Positions 19,902 to 31,390 of a stretch of DNA of 64,000 nt are shown here, piece after piece. Below the pieces are notes generated by a model. That model saw only the letters and a program-made list of their open reading frames with translations. It was not told the origin of the DNA and did not search any database. This DNA is from Salisapilia sapeloensis CBS 127946 (taxonomy: Eukaryota > Protista > Oomycota). Made by a program: the position numbers and the translations under genes. How positions within the stretch are numbered: the first letter of the stretch is position 1; the number at the start of each line of letters is the position of its first letter. The stretch covers positions 29,397 through 93,396 of the forward strand of contig JAADVB010000048.1 in the NCBI GenBank assembly GCA_023334545.1, given 5' to 3'.

Positions 19902-22883
19902 TTATTTCAAAAGTGTCGTTTGATTCGCTGCTTTTGCTTCTAAATGTGCCAGCACTCGAACAGCATCAAGGTCGGTTTGCCTTCCAATGTCCAGAAACGA
20001 TCGTACCTTCTGGTCCCATTCGATCTTGGTCTTTTCATCCTCCTCATTTTGCCGCTGAGATTCATTCGATAAGAGTTGGATGCACTCCATCTCTTTCTGT
20101 AAGCTATGCAAAAGATCCAGTAGAGACGATAAGTGGTCTGGCTGCAGTGGATTGGATGTCACGATGACGTCCTCTGGTAACTGAGTTTGGAGAGCGTTGC
20201 GTAGGAGAGCAAGGTATGATGAGCTGGTGGATGAGACCGTCAGGATGGCCGACAATGGCCGTACGAATTTTGTGTCGACATGAACGTTCGTCCGCAAGTA
20301 CGGTGGCAAGGAAAATGTCGGTAGGAAGTACGCGAGATTGGATGAAGCTGCCACCAAAAGTAGTTCTTCTCTCTCTAAAGTAAAATGAGAATCACTGAAT
20401 GTAGATATTGTGGATAAGGATAGATACCTGGGTAAATGACATCTGCATGCATCTCAATAGAGCTTTTATTCGTCATGTCTGCAAGTGACAGTTTCGATGT
20501 ACCGATGCATACGCTCCCTGGTTCTTCAGATACATCGACCATATCGATATCTTCGCTCATGCTTTTTAAACTATTCCATCGCAGCCAAACGGACGCTTGA
20601 ATGCTTTTATCCAGTCCTACCAACTTTTCCATGGCAAGCACCTCTGCTTGAATAAAGAACGTTGTGACTTCCATTGGCTTCATCGTTGCTACGATTGCTG
20701 AAACATTTTTTACGCATGTCTTGTCGCCCATCGATACAGCTACATGAGCTCCGCACAGAGCCTTCTCAGACTTGTTACGCACAGCTACTTCCATCTTTAG
20801 AAGATTGGATACTGGATCCCACATGACCACTTTCGAGCTAAAGATTTCTGTCCGGACATTCATTATACTCGCCACTGTTTCTTCTTGAATCTGTTTATCC
20901 TGGTACTTTGCTTTTACAAGAGGAACCAAGTTGCTATCATCTGACTTGATAGAAACGCCAGTGTCCACAGAGAGAAGGCTGCTTGCACTGCTACAATTGC
21001 TAATAACCTGTACAAAAGATTCTTCTACAAGAGTCTTACGTTGGGCCACCATCTTCTCTTTATCACTTGCAACGAGGTCAAGGCGCTGCAACTGTTCAAT
21101 ACCATCCTCTAGTCTCTTCTCCAAAGACTGGACGAACCTTGTCACTTGCTCTTGTGGCGCGTGTTGCAATGCACCGTCCCCTTCCTCATTGACGAGTGTC
21201 TCTTTCTTCTTTCGTTTTACACGTTCGACATACTTCAGTCCAGACTCAGCACATCCATTCTCTGGCTGGGCCTTCCGTTTACGGCTTTGTACTGCTTTAT
21301 CCAGACGTAGTCGGATGCAGGAATACTTTGACTGAGATTGACGAGACATAAGGACGCTGCGTTTCAAAGATCGACATTCGTTCGTAGCGTCCGAGTCGTT
21401 CAGCAACAGTATTTGATTGTAAAATGTAGGTTGTGAAGGCGTGCAGTTGCCCACATAGAAACTGCCGACATTTTTAAATTCTATGTATGAGAATATTACG
21501 ACGAGGATAATCTTGTTTAGTGAGATGCAGGGTACCTTCGAGAATGGTGAAGGTGTAGTTGGTGGAACTGGAGCGGAAGTTGAGCAAAAAGAATGACTTG
21601 GATTCGCCTGTACCTTTAGCTGCTAGGATACACCCTTCCTGTCCGTCCGCTGCTGTATCTTCAACGACTTCCCTAAACAACATAGCTTAATGAGACTTGA
21701 ATGAGATAATACAAGCTGCATAAAGTTGTATACATCAAATTAATGGGAGCTGGAAGAACGACAGAGGCTAATAATATATCAGAACGGTAGGCTGCAATTG
21801 TCTGCGAAGTCGTAGCTATGAACTGGAGTGTTGATGAAGATAGATCTACACGCAAGCCAGTGTTTGATGCGGTATTATACCAGTCGGCATAAATGATGGA
21901 CGGGTTGTACATGGCCGTTGGCTCAAATGACGAGTACGAAAGCTGTCGATATGGCATGCAGTCTACAACAATATGCGTCTGCTCGTTTGATTGGGGCAAG
22001 TAGGAACACGTCATGAGCGTATCAGATGTGTTTGACAGTGAGAAAACTCGCCACAAATGTTCGTTCGAATTGTCGCTAGACCAATGCATAAGATAAATAG
22101 AGTTGGGAGTTTAATATAATGCGATACCTATTGGACGAAAGAACAAAGTGCAGTAGCAGATGAGGGTTGTCACTAGCGGTGGAGCTGACTAGTCGACTGT
22201 CCTCTAGTCGCACCTGTTTATCCTTTATACGTTCCCTATCAACTCGTAGCTCGACATTCTCGCGAACTAAAGTAAAGCTTCCGTGGTCCATTCCATAGAT
22301 GGATATTTGTCTGGGATTCGGTCCACTAAGAACCACAAAAGGTCCATCCAATAGCTTTGCACTTTGCAGGCGAGTGCTCCTCGATACATCTTCATCCACT
22401 GGAATATCAAACATTGGTGCAGCAACCGCGGTTACCAATGTAACGGTGTATAATTTGTTTTTTGCACTAAGAGATGATGAGATGGTCGGTGACAAAGTGT
22501 ATAATTCCAACTGATCCTCCGTTTCGAAAAGTAACAAAAGACGATAGCTGATCAGACATAGTTACTTAGTACACCAAATCACATTCGCATTAGCAAAGAT
22601 ATAGCACCATACAAACTTACATGCCAAGATTATGATCCAAGACAGTTTTGGCTGTCAATAAGCTCGCGTCTTTCGATGGAGATACCGAGTCAGGTGACAA
22701 TGACACTTCTTGCTGCGTTATTTTCTTTGTTTTGGCATCGATGTGAATGGTGTGAATTGACAGGTCTTCTTGTGCATTGTATTGCAGTCGCAATAGATCA
22801 TTATCACACGATACAATCCACTCGCCCATTTCCTGCATTTCGTGTCCAAGTTTTGTTGACAAGTAGTTTTCACACAGATGCAT
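19902..22883 (-). CDS. FANCB-like Fanconi anaemia core complex subunit (multi-exon)
   Basis: Colinear matches to vertebrate FANCB as recalled: IVSCDNDLLRLQ, LSIHTIHIDAKTKKITQ, KLLDGPFVV, central coiled coil, VCIGTSKLSLADM, LRNALQTQLPEDV and C-terminal helix. Exon boundaries only partly resolved. Confidence 0.6.
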
Positions 22884-24869
22884 GTAAATTACGCTGCAAT
22901 AGCAAACTTGTTTTAGCTTGTGGTTATTTTCTCAACCTTTACTGGTAACTTCGCCAACTCGACTGGTTCTAATACCGAAAGCAAATTGTCAGGTCAATAC
23001 GATTTCTCTCGCACTATATTGACTAGAAGAAACCAATTGAGCTGTCAGCGTCAACGCTGAGATTTGTCGCTTCTAATCCAGTAAACGGTCACATCAACTT
23101 TTACGATCGAATGCCATCTCTTTGTGACACGAATGTATTTATCTACATCATCGAAGAGATTGTTTGGCCGATTCATCGTATTGGCTATAGCATTTGGCTG
23201 AGAAAACTAAGGCTTGTACGAAAGCCAGGTCACCGTACTTTGGTTTCTACTTTGTAATTAAAGTGACGATTTGAAAGACAAACTTGTAAATCCTACAACG
23301 CTCAAGTATAATTGATTATCTACTCCGTCACCTAACTCTATATGCACTGATCGTGTATTACACCACCGTCTTGTGCCTTTTCAAGCGACTTTAGATAAAC
23401 AGCTCTATTTATTTGGCCGATCCAAATGCGCCTGCAGATATATCTTTCACTAAGCCTATCATAACCTTAACTGTCCTGTAGCGGTTTTTGTCCCCTGAAC
23501 TATCCAACTCACATCAGGTACTCCCATTCATGCCGTAGATGGCCTAAGCTACCACTAAATACTTCCATGAAAGGTATAAAACTCATATATATGCGGTGCA
23601 ATATCTCCTTCTAGTGATATCACTCGATTGTTTTTGTCTATTATAAGCTCTACTTGCGTTTAATGTACGATTTCATTGAAGTAAATAACGTAGCATGTAG
23701 TAGTGAGGAAGATGGTAGGCTCTGACGACAGGTTCATATCATCGAACAAAGTACTTGCTATCAAAGTGTTGATGACCGTATCTCAGTGTTGACCCAGGTA
23801 CATTAATCGTAGCGTGCAAAAAGGTCTATTCCGGATGGATGGAAACGTACTGAATAGTTATTTCAGCCGACTTTTCTCTACAAGATACCTATTTTGCCCA
23901 TCAAATGATTTATGGCACTCGTCAAAGGCGTGGGCTGATTGCACTTGATGTAATCAATGAAAGATAATTGACATGTGGGCTATGTCATAAGGTTTAAGAC
24001 ACCGTAGTCTGAAAGTCTGGGTTAAAAATACTCTATCTTTGCCTATCAACATATCATCCACTCTGCCTATTTCGTTTGGTCCGGCACTGATGAAATAAAG
24101 ATGATTGAGCATAGCACTAGAATGCCAACCGATCAGTGTACACTTTCGATCCAATGACAAACCACTGTGAACGGCGTCTGCTCAAATAGACACTGTCGAC
24201 TAGGAATATAAAACGGACAACACTGCCAACACATCCACCGGATAATTCTCGTAAATATTCCCGAAACCTTTAAGTCATAGGAGCAGTGGTTGGATTCGAG
24301 ATCGCTTCTGGACCATTAAAAAGTTGGAATGCAACAAGGTAATGGGTGGCAATGACGTTCGCCAACGAATGATCATGATTTCCAATACACTTACATAACG
24401 TATTACGATGAAAGCCCGCTCAGCATCATCTCAAGATGTATTTGCTAATGGCCATCTTCAAAGCCATTCCTCTAGCATTACCATAGTCGTCGGACAATGC
24501 CAGTCAAAGCGCTTCCATCGAAAAACTACTGCACCATCCGATCAAGTATAGCACATTTCCAGGTTGATAGCTCGTATTTAGTTGCTTAAAAATGCATTCG
24601 CACGGAACAAGGTCGTCACGAGGACGTCTAAACGCGGACGTCTCGAGCTGGTAATCTGGTCTCTGCCGTCGTTTCAAGATACTCTAGTATCCACATAAAT
24701 GCAGTTGCGAATGCAAATACCCAAATCAAGTTTAAATAGCGTCTATTTTTAGAACCATTGTAAGATCTGAGTCGCATCAAGAGGCATACTTTATCCAAGT
24801 GAAGCACCAAATGGCTCCGTCCAAAACACAACTGAGCTCCCCATACCTTAGGCACTCTCCCCACCGGCA

Positions 24870-27725
24870 ATGAAGGCAACGGGCTCGGCAGTCGGCGCCA
24901 TCCGCGATGTCGTGCGCCGAAAGAGCGGAAGCATGAACTTCAACAACAGCTTCGGTCTGTTCCGGAACAACTCCAACGGCGGCAGTGGCAGCGGTGGCGA
25001 AGAGGACGACGATCCGTACGACGACGACGAGCCGTACGGTGGTCGCATTCGCGGAAATGAAAAGTCTCGCGATCGATCCGGCTCCCAGTCGGACGTTAGC
25101 CGAGACACGCCATCGCCTGCGCTCACCAGCAGCAGCGTGTATGTGGAGCCGCCAGAGCCCAACCTACCTTCTGGCGGTCTGTGGGAAGCTGCGACTAGGA
25201 ATGTACAGGGCAAGCTACGAGATTTGCTAGACGCCGATCATGAAGTCACTACCTCGCTCGTAAGCCCTTTGCAATACTTTTTTAATGCACAACAAGCCTA
25301 AAACGTTTATGATGATCTGTAGGACGATGATTCGATCGAGTGTGGTGTCTTTCGCTCCAGATCGGCTCTTTACTCGGATAGAACGCTCGTCATTATCGGC
25401 AATAGTGATGGCTCTCCCGCTGGTATGTGGAGTGAAAGTCTGTGCGTACGGTCTGGAAGCCAAGGTGGAGGCATCTTCAAAGGCGCATTTGGAAGTATGC
25501 TGCCGTACTTGGTAAAGGCAAAAGAGGACAAATTTGGTGTCGTCATCTTTGACGACGTCTTCCGAGACTCACGCGAGAACGATGAAATCGACATGGACAG
25601 CGCCATCACTCGCTTTGTCACTGGCTGGCGCAACCACGTCCTCAACTCGCGCGCTACTCACGTCTTCCTCCTCGCCTATGGTGACGGCGGCGACTTGCTT
25701 GTTGAAACCCTGCGGAAACATGTGAAAGAGATGCAGAGGCACATCAGTGGCATCGCGTTTGTCCAATCCACACATCATATATCTCGACAGGACCCCTACC
25801 AGCTTCGAAAGATGCTGGCGCAGTGGGCAATCGCGTACGTGTCGTCGGACGACGTGATCCTCGCTCGTCTCAAGAGTCTCGAAGACGAACATGGTTGCGT
25901 CTGTCTTTCCGCCGGATCCGAATCCTCCGACGTGGACGTTTTGAATAACATCTTAGCGTCCATCTTTGCATCCTTCAAGGCTCGTTGGTCTGGCTTTCGC
26001 GTGAAAAACGTCAAGAACGGGATGGAAAAGAAGTGTTATCTATGTAAAAGTACGTTTTCCATGCGTCGCTGGCGTCGACACTGTCGCACGTGTCAGAACG
26101 CTTGTTGTGACAAGTGTTCGAGCGTCGAGAACACGCGACACGAAGGCCAAGTGCGTCTCTGTCTCACCTGTCGCGCCCTCCCGTCGCTAATCCACTGGTC
26201 TCGACCACGTGCAGTGCGTACAGGTGAGCAAGAGAGCGTCTACAGCTCTTCTGCTCGTCGAGGCAAGATGAGTGTAAACGACTTTGAGCTCGTGACAGTC
26301 ATCGGAAGAGGTGCTTGTGGTAAAGTCTTGCTGGTACAGAAGAAGGCTGGGAGTGATGCTGGTCATTTGTACGCGATGAAAGTGTTAAAGAAGGAGTGGG
26401 TGATGAACAAAGACTTGGTGAACCAGACAATGGCCGAGAGACGTATCCTTCAGGAGGCGTCTCATCCATACATTGTCCAGCTCAAGTACGCTTTCCAGAA
26501 CCAAGACAAGTTGTACATGGTCATGGAGTACTACAGCGGCGGCAGTCTTCGCCACGTGCTGCGTCGTCGAGGTCGCTTTAGCATCAAACGCGCTCGCTTC
26601 TACCTAGGACAAATCCTCTTGGCGATCGGCCACTTACACTCGTTAAACATCTTGTATCGCGATTTGAAGCTAGAAAACATTGTCATCACAGCCGACGGAA
26701 ACGTTGCATGCACGGACTTTGGTCTGTCCAAGGAACAAATGGACGATGAAGAACGCACGAGCTCTTTCGTCGGTACATGCGAATACCTCGCACCAGAGCT
26801 CATTCTTAAAGAAGGGTATGGTCGAGCAGTCGATTGGTGGGCGTTTGGTATCTTGGCGTATGAACTCATCCAAGGCGACTCTCCTTTCCGTCATAACACG
26901 CCAGCGTTGCTCTTTGAGAAGATCCTTAAGGACGATCCGACGTTTAGCGAAAGGTTTACACCGGAAGCAGAGGACTTGATCTCGAATTTGCTCTGTAAAG
27001 ACCCGACGAGACGCCTCGGGTGTGGAGAAGAAGGCGTGGAAGAGATCAAGAGCCATCCGTTCTTTGATGCCGTTGACTGGGACGCCTTGTTGCGGATGGA
27101 GGTGGAAGTCCCGAGACCGCCGCATCGCATGGAAGACGTGACGGATGAAAGCCACTTGGCACGTGCGATCGCCAAGATGCGAGAAGCGAGGGAAGAACTC
27201 ATGCCAGACTCGCCCGTCTCGTTGCCGTCTTCTCCGAGCGAGAATCGCCACTTTGACCGGTTCTCGTACCAGGGAGACGGATGGAATCCAGCTATGATGG
27301 GCATTCCGATGGACGAAGGAAGTGATTATCAGCCAGACACGATAGACGAGGACGAGGAGTACATTCCAGACGAGTTCGATGAACCAGGCACACCACCAGA
27401 GAAGTCGGACTTGATGACGGCAGCAGAGACGGAGCCGACGATCGCCAACCCGGCTCTTATGGAAGTCGCTGGGGACGGAGACGGCGTGCCGCTGTCGCCG
27501 TTGTCACTAGCAAGAGAGAACGCTTCCAAGAACTCGAGTACAAAGCCGATGACGTCGCCATTGCGAGGCCCTTCCAGCAATGCTGCAACCGTGTCTAGTC
27601 AGGAAGAGAGTCCAGCCGTCGGTCATGGCAGTCTGTCGCCTACGACGCCGCATGACATGTACTCGCCCGGTACTCCGGAAGAGACGGAGAATGGGGCGTT
27701 AAAACCGTTGGAAGCGTCCATGTGA
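24870..27725 (+). CDS. Arb2/FAM172-like domain + FYVE-like zinc finger + AGC Ser/Thr kinase (2 exons)
   Basis: Intron 25260-25322 joins ORF 24870 to the frame of ORF 25425. Arb2-like TLVIIGNSDGSPAGMWS..GSMLPYLVKAKEDKFGVVIF..VFLLAYGDGG..IAFVQSTH; 8-ligand zinc finger; kinase GRGACGKV, YAMKVL, YRDLKLEN, DFGLSK, GTCEYLAPE; hydrophobic motif FDRFSY. Confidence 0.85.
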
Positions 27726-27835
27726 TCGCGTGATTGATAAGTGCTGATAAAGTTTTTCATGATTTCATTTTGCATCTTTCATCTCCAACCAAGGACTGCG
27801 TTGCTCCAAATACAAGAAAAAATTGTGCATTCCAT

Positions 27836-30322
27836 CTATCTCCTAATGATTGCTTTACTACGGGTCGGGGCACCGTGACTCTTGCCCTTGACGTTCCCTT
27901 TGCCGCGCTTCGACTTGCTCTTACTAGACACCTTGACGCCTCGAGAACGCGCCTTACGAGCCTCTTCTTTACGGATCTTCTTCTCGCCCATGAGCTCATC
28001 CTTGGCATTCTTGTTCACACGCGCCATCGCCGGCTTCTTACCGTTACGGTAGTCCATACGAGGTCCATCGCCGTCCTCTTCGCCACCCGTATTAACCTTC
28101 TTGTGCTGTCGCTGCTGCCACTTCTTGTACAACTCTCCCGTCTGGTGCTTCTTCTTGACCGCCGCGCCACTCTCGTTGCGACGTTTGATCTTACCAGAGC
28201 TCGAGATCTCACCCACACTCGTTTTGACGTACTTCTTCTTCCGCGTATCCCAGTGGAGCACACGCCGCTTCTTGTTCATTTCAATCGCTTCATCCGGATT
28301 CACATCCAGCACCGCTTCTTCCAAACGAGCTTCATACGAAGCATTCGTCTTTCCACCTTCATTCGCGTTGGCAAGGAAGCCTTCCGTTTCTTCATCGCCA
28401 CGAACGGCACTGATGTAGTTCCCGTCATCCTTGAACGTATCCTTCTTCTCCACCGACTCTTTCGTGGCCAAAAGCTCTTGCTTCACATCTTCTTCCTTTT
28501 CACCTGCAGCAACACGTTTCTTCAGTTGCTTCCGGTCATGCTTGGACAAGAATGCCGCCTTTATCGGTTCTGCGTCTTGCTTGACCTCCACCACTTGCTC
28601 TTGCTTTGCTTCATTCTTGTCTTCCACCTCGGGCATCGGTTCCTCCACTCCATTCGCTTTATTCAGCTCCGTCTGGATGATCTTTTCATGATGCTTCCGC
28701 TTCGTCTGCATCATGACAGCACCAGGAGACGTCTTCTTCGCCGAGTGAGCACCGATACCGACTTCAAAGATCGTTTGAGACGGTCGGAAGGTCTGTAGTG
28801 ATGCAATGTACTGTGCTTTATCTGCCTTATCTGGTGCTTCCAAGTACTCTTTCTTAAACAACGGATGCAACTGCTTCGTGTCCACATCTCGGGCACGTCG
28901 GATGGAGTTCTTGGCCGGATCAGCTCTCGTACGAGCATACATCTTGTGAGCATTCGCCACGACCTTGACAAGAGGTTCCACTTGCGGATGGTGATGGAGA
29001 ATGTACTGCTGCTGCTCGGACTCTTGATCGATCAAGTCATTCGGAAAAGAGCCGTAGTGGACATCCTCCACTTGCATGTCTCGAAGGTGGTATCCTTCGG
29101 TCTTTGCTGGGGAGGAGTCTTCCAATCGACGACCAATGTACAGATGCAAGTCGACCATGAACGGCACTTCATCCGGATCGACAAAGCTAAAGGCCGTACC
29201 GCTTCGTCCAGCACGTGCAGCTCGACCGACACGATGGACGAAGAGCTTGGCAGTGGATGGGAACGAGTAATTGAGGACGTTGTTAAGCAACGGGATATCG
29301 ATACCACGAGCAGCGACATCCGTTACGATGAGCAGCTTGGTCTTTTGGCTACGAAACTTGCCAATGTTGATCTTACGTGACGCTGGATCCATATCACCAT
29401 ACACGCAAGAGCTTTCAATATCATTCGCTTTCAACAGTTCATGCAACAGCTCGACATGATGTCTCGTGGCTGCAAAGATGATCGTCTGGTCGTCCTTTGG
29501 AAGGAACTGTCGGACCAAGTAGACGAATAGCGCTGGCTTATCGTCCGATCGGACGGTGAAGAAGGCCATTTTCAAGTTCTCACTGATCTTGTTCTCGACA
29601 TCGAGACGAATGAGCTCGGGGTCACGAAGTCCAGCACGAGCGAATTGGACCAACGCCTTGGGTAGCGTAGCACTGAACAAGAGCGTTTGTCGACTGGATG
29701 GGACGGTGCTTAGAATCTCCTGAAGCTGTTCGGCGAATCCCATCTCGAACATCCGATCGGCTTCATCGAAGACAAGGTACTCGACACTGGACAAGGAAAA
29801 GTCTGGAATTTCCTGCAAGTGGTGCATGAGTCGACCTGGTGTGGCGACGAGGACGTCTGGATTGGAGGCTAGAGCTTCGAATTGAGCTTCCATGCCGTCA
29901 CCACCGACGATTAGAGACACTTGGACGGAAGTGAACTTTGCCAGTTGCTTTGCAAAACGCAGAGTCTGGACAGCAAGCTCACGCGTTGGAGACAGAATGA
30001 TAGCACGGACACCGACGCGAGTCGAGTGTTCCTTTAGATGCTCCAGCATCGGAATCAAGAAAGCTGCCGTTTTACCCGAACCAGTTCGAGCCATGGCAAC
30101 ACAGTCTCGACCAGACAGGACGATTGGAAGCGTCTTACGCTGGATAGGCGTTGGGACCTTGTAGCCCAAGGCCATGACCGCTCGAAAGACCGGCGGTGTG
30201 AGGCCCATGGACTGAAATCCACCGACGCTCGAGTTCTTACCACTACTTTTGCCATGATGCGCTGCACCAGCCTTGTTATCACCACCTTTCTTGGCGTTCT
30301 TGAGGAAATCGTCACCGGCCAT
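27836..30322 (-). CDS. DDX54: DEAD-box RNA helicase DDX54/Dbp10
   Basis: GGFQSMGL, PTPIQRK, MARTGSGKT, DEAD, LLFSAT, HRVGRAARAG, plus DBP10CT-like WDTRKKKYV...KIKRRNESG...ELYKKW. Confidence 0.93.
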   Translation of the reverse strand: MAGDDFLKNAKKGGDNKAGAAHHGKSSGKNSSVGGFQSMGLTPPVFRAVMALGYKVPTPIQRKTLPIVLSGRDCVAMARTGSGKTAAFLIPMLEHLKEHSTRVGVRAIILSPTRELAVQTLRFAKQLAKFTSVQVSLIVGGDGMEAQFEALASNPDVLVATPGRLMHHLQEIPDFSLSSVEYLVFDEADRMFEMGFAEQLQEILSTVPSSRQTLLFSATLPKALVQFARAGLRDPELIRLDVENKISENLKMAFFTVRSDDKPALFVYLVRQFLPKDDQTIIFAATRHHVELLHELLKANDIESSCVYGDMDPASRKINIGKFRSQKTKLLIVTDVAARGIDIPLLNNVLNYSFPSTAKLFVHRVGRAARAGRSGTAFSFVDPDEVPFMVDLHLYIGRRLEDSSPAKTEGYHLRDMQVEDVHYGSFPNDLIDQESEQQQYILHHHPQVEPLVKVVANAHKMYARTRADPAKNSIRRARDVDTKQLHPLFKKEYLEAPDKADKAQYIASLQTFRPSQTIFEVGIGAHSAKKTSPGAVMMQTKRKHHEKIIQTELNKANGVEEPMPEVEDKNEAKQEQVVEVKQDAEPIKAAFLSKHDRKQLKKRVAAGEKEEDVKQELLATKESVEKKDTFKDDGNYISAVRGDEETEGFLANANEGGKTNASYEARLEEAVLDVNPDEAIEMNKKRRVLHWDTRKKKYVKTSVGEISSSGKIKRRNESGAAVKKKHQTGELYKKWQQRQHKKVNTGGEEDGDGPRMDYRNGKKPAMARVNKNAKDELMGEKKIRKEEARKARSRGVKVSSKSKSKRGKGNVKGKSHGAPTRSKAIIRR

Positions 30323-30364
30323 GACGCTACTGTCCTAGCTTCCTATGTAGTGAATACGGCGTGG

Positions 30365-30426
30365 CCAATAAAGAAGTATCCACTTGTGATTGGCTGGATA
30401 ATACACCCAAATCATATATAACCAAT
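30365..30426. promoter_or_regulatory. Three CCAAT boxes in the DDX54 / RING-gene bidirectional promoter
   Basis: CCAAT 30365-30369, ATTGG 30389-30393 and CCAAT 30422-30426 inside a 158-bp divergent spacer. Confidence 0.55.
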
Positions 30427-30480
30427 CAAATTTATACATCTCGACACACTATTCGCATTAGAGTAGATTACGCGAGAAAC

Positions 30481-31362
30481 ATGTCGATCGGACCGATTAT
30501 CGACGTCTCAGAAGAAGATGAAGGCGAATGGGCGGCTCGACATGAGCAAGAAGACATTGCTGCTGAAGAGGATATTGTAGATATGGCTGAAAACGATACA
30601 AATACAAGCTTGGGCGCTGAGGAGACGCCACAGAGGCATGAAACAGCGATGGAATTAGCTGTATTGGGCGACACTTGTCCTATTTGCCTGCAAGCTTTAA
30701 ACGATCCAGTCATGGTCCAGTCCTGTTATCATGTCTACTGTTTCGAATGCCTAACGACATGGGTGCATGGTCTCGCGTTGCACGGCGTGCACACTCCGAC
30801 CTGCCCAATGTGTAAAGTCTCCTTCACTGGTGTCTACACGGACGTTCGGTCGGAAGCAGACCACAACATCTTTTCCTACGTCGATACCGATAGAAACCAG
30901 CACACTCAGCTACGTGAAAGGCAGCGACAACGAGAGGAAGACTACGGACGTCGCCGACGGTCGATTGTTTATCGCAAATCTCTCCGACTCTGCCGCATTG
31001 GCAGTGCGGAAATCCAGGGGCAAGACAAGCTACCTGCAAAAGTAAAATGTAGAGGAGAGTATGAGGAGTGGCTAGAGAGAGAATTACGTGCTTGCATCGG
31101 CCGAGAGATCGATGTCTCAGTCCTCGTCTCTATCATCCAATGCTGCCTCGACAAAGTGTCCAAGCACCACGTCGAAGAAAGGTACTATGAAATGGAGGAA
31201 GCTTTGCGTCCGTTTCTATATGATGATGCCACCACTTTTGTCCGTGAGACAGCGTTCTTTCTCGGTTCGAGGCTGAATATGCACGCGTATGACGACGTAT
31301 CTGAATACTGCTGCACGGACACTCTCCACTGCTGTGCAGACGTGTGCAGTCACGTAAATTGA
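30481..31362 (+). CDS. TOPORS-like RING E3 ligase
   Basis: C3HC4 RING CPICL...CYHVYCFECL...CPMCK; downstream EWLERELRA and FLYDDATTFVRETAFF...HAYD resemble the TOPORS domain. ATG 30481 preferred over the upstream GTG. Confidence 0.75.
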   Translation: MSIGPIIDVSEEDEGEWAARHEQEDIAAEEDIVDMAENDTNTSLGAEETPQRHETAMELAVLGDTCPICLQALNDPVMVQSCYHVYCFECLTTWVHGLALHGVHTPTCPMCKVSFTGVYTDVRSEADHNIFSYVDTDRNQHTQLRERQRQREEDYGRRRRSIVYRKSLRLCRIGSAEIQGQDKLPAKVKCRGEYEEWLERELRACIGREIDVSVLVSIIQCCLDKVSKHHVEERYYEMEEALRPFLYDDATTFVRETAFFLGSRLNMHAYDDVSEYCCTDTLHCCADVCSHVN

Positions 31363-31390
31363 AGTATAACGAAGAAATTGCTTTTTGGAT

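Noticed and set aside
27734-28798. 354-aa plus-strand ORF
   Set aside because: Antisense shadow of the Lys/Glu-rich DDX54 C-terminus (Leu/Phe-rich, no motifs).
30361-30480. GTG-initiated N-terminal extension of the RING ORF
   Set aside because: Overlaps the AT-rich CCAAT promoter spacer; ATG 30481 is the more plausible start.
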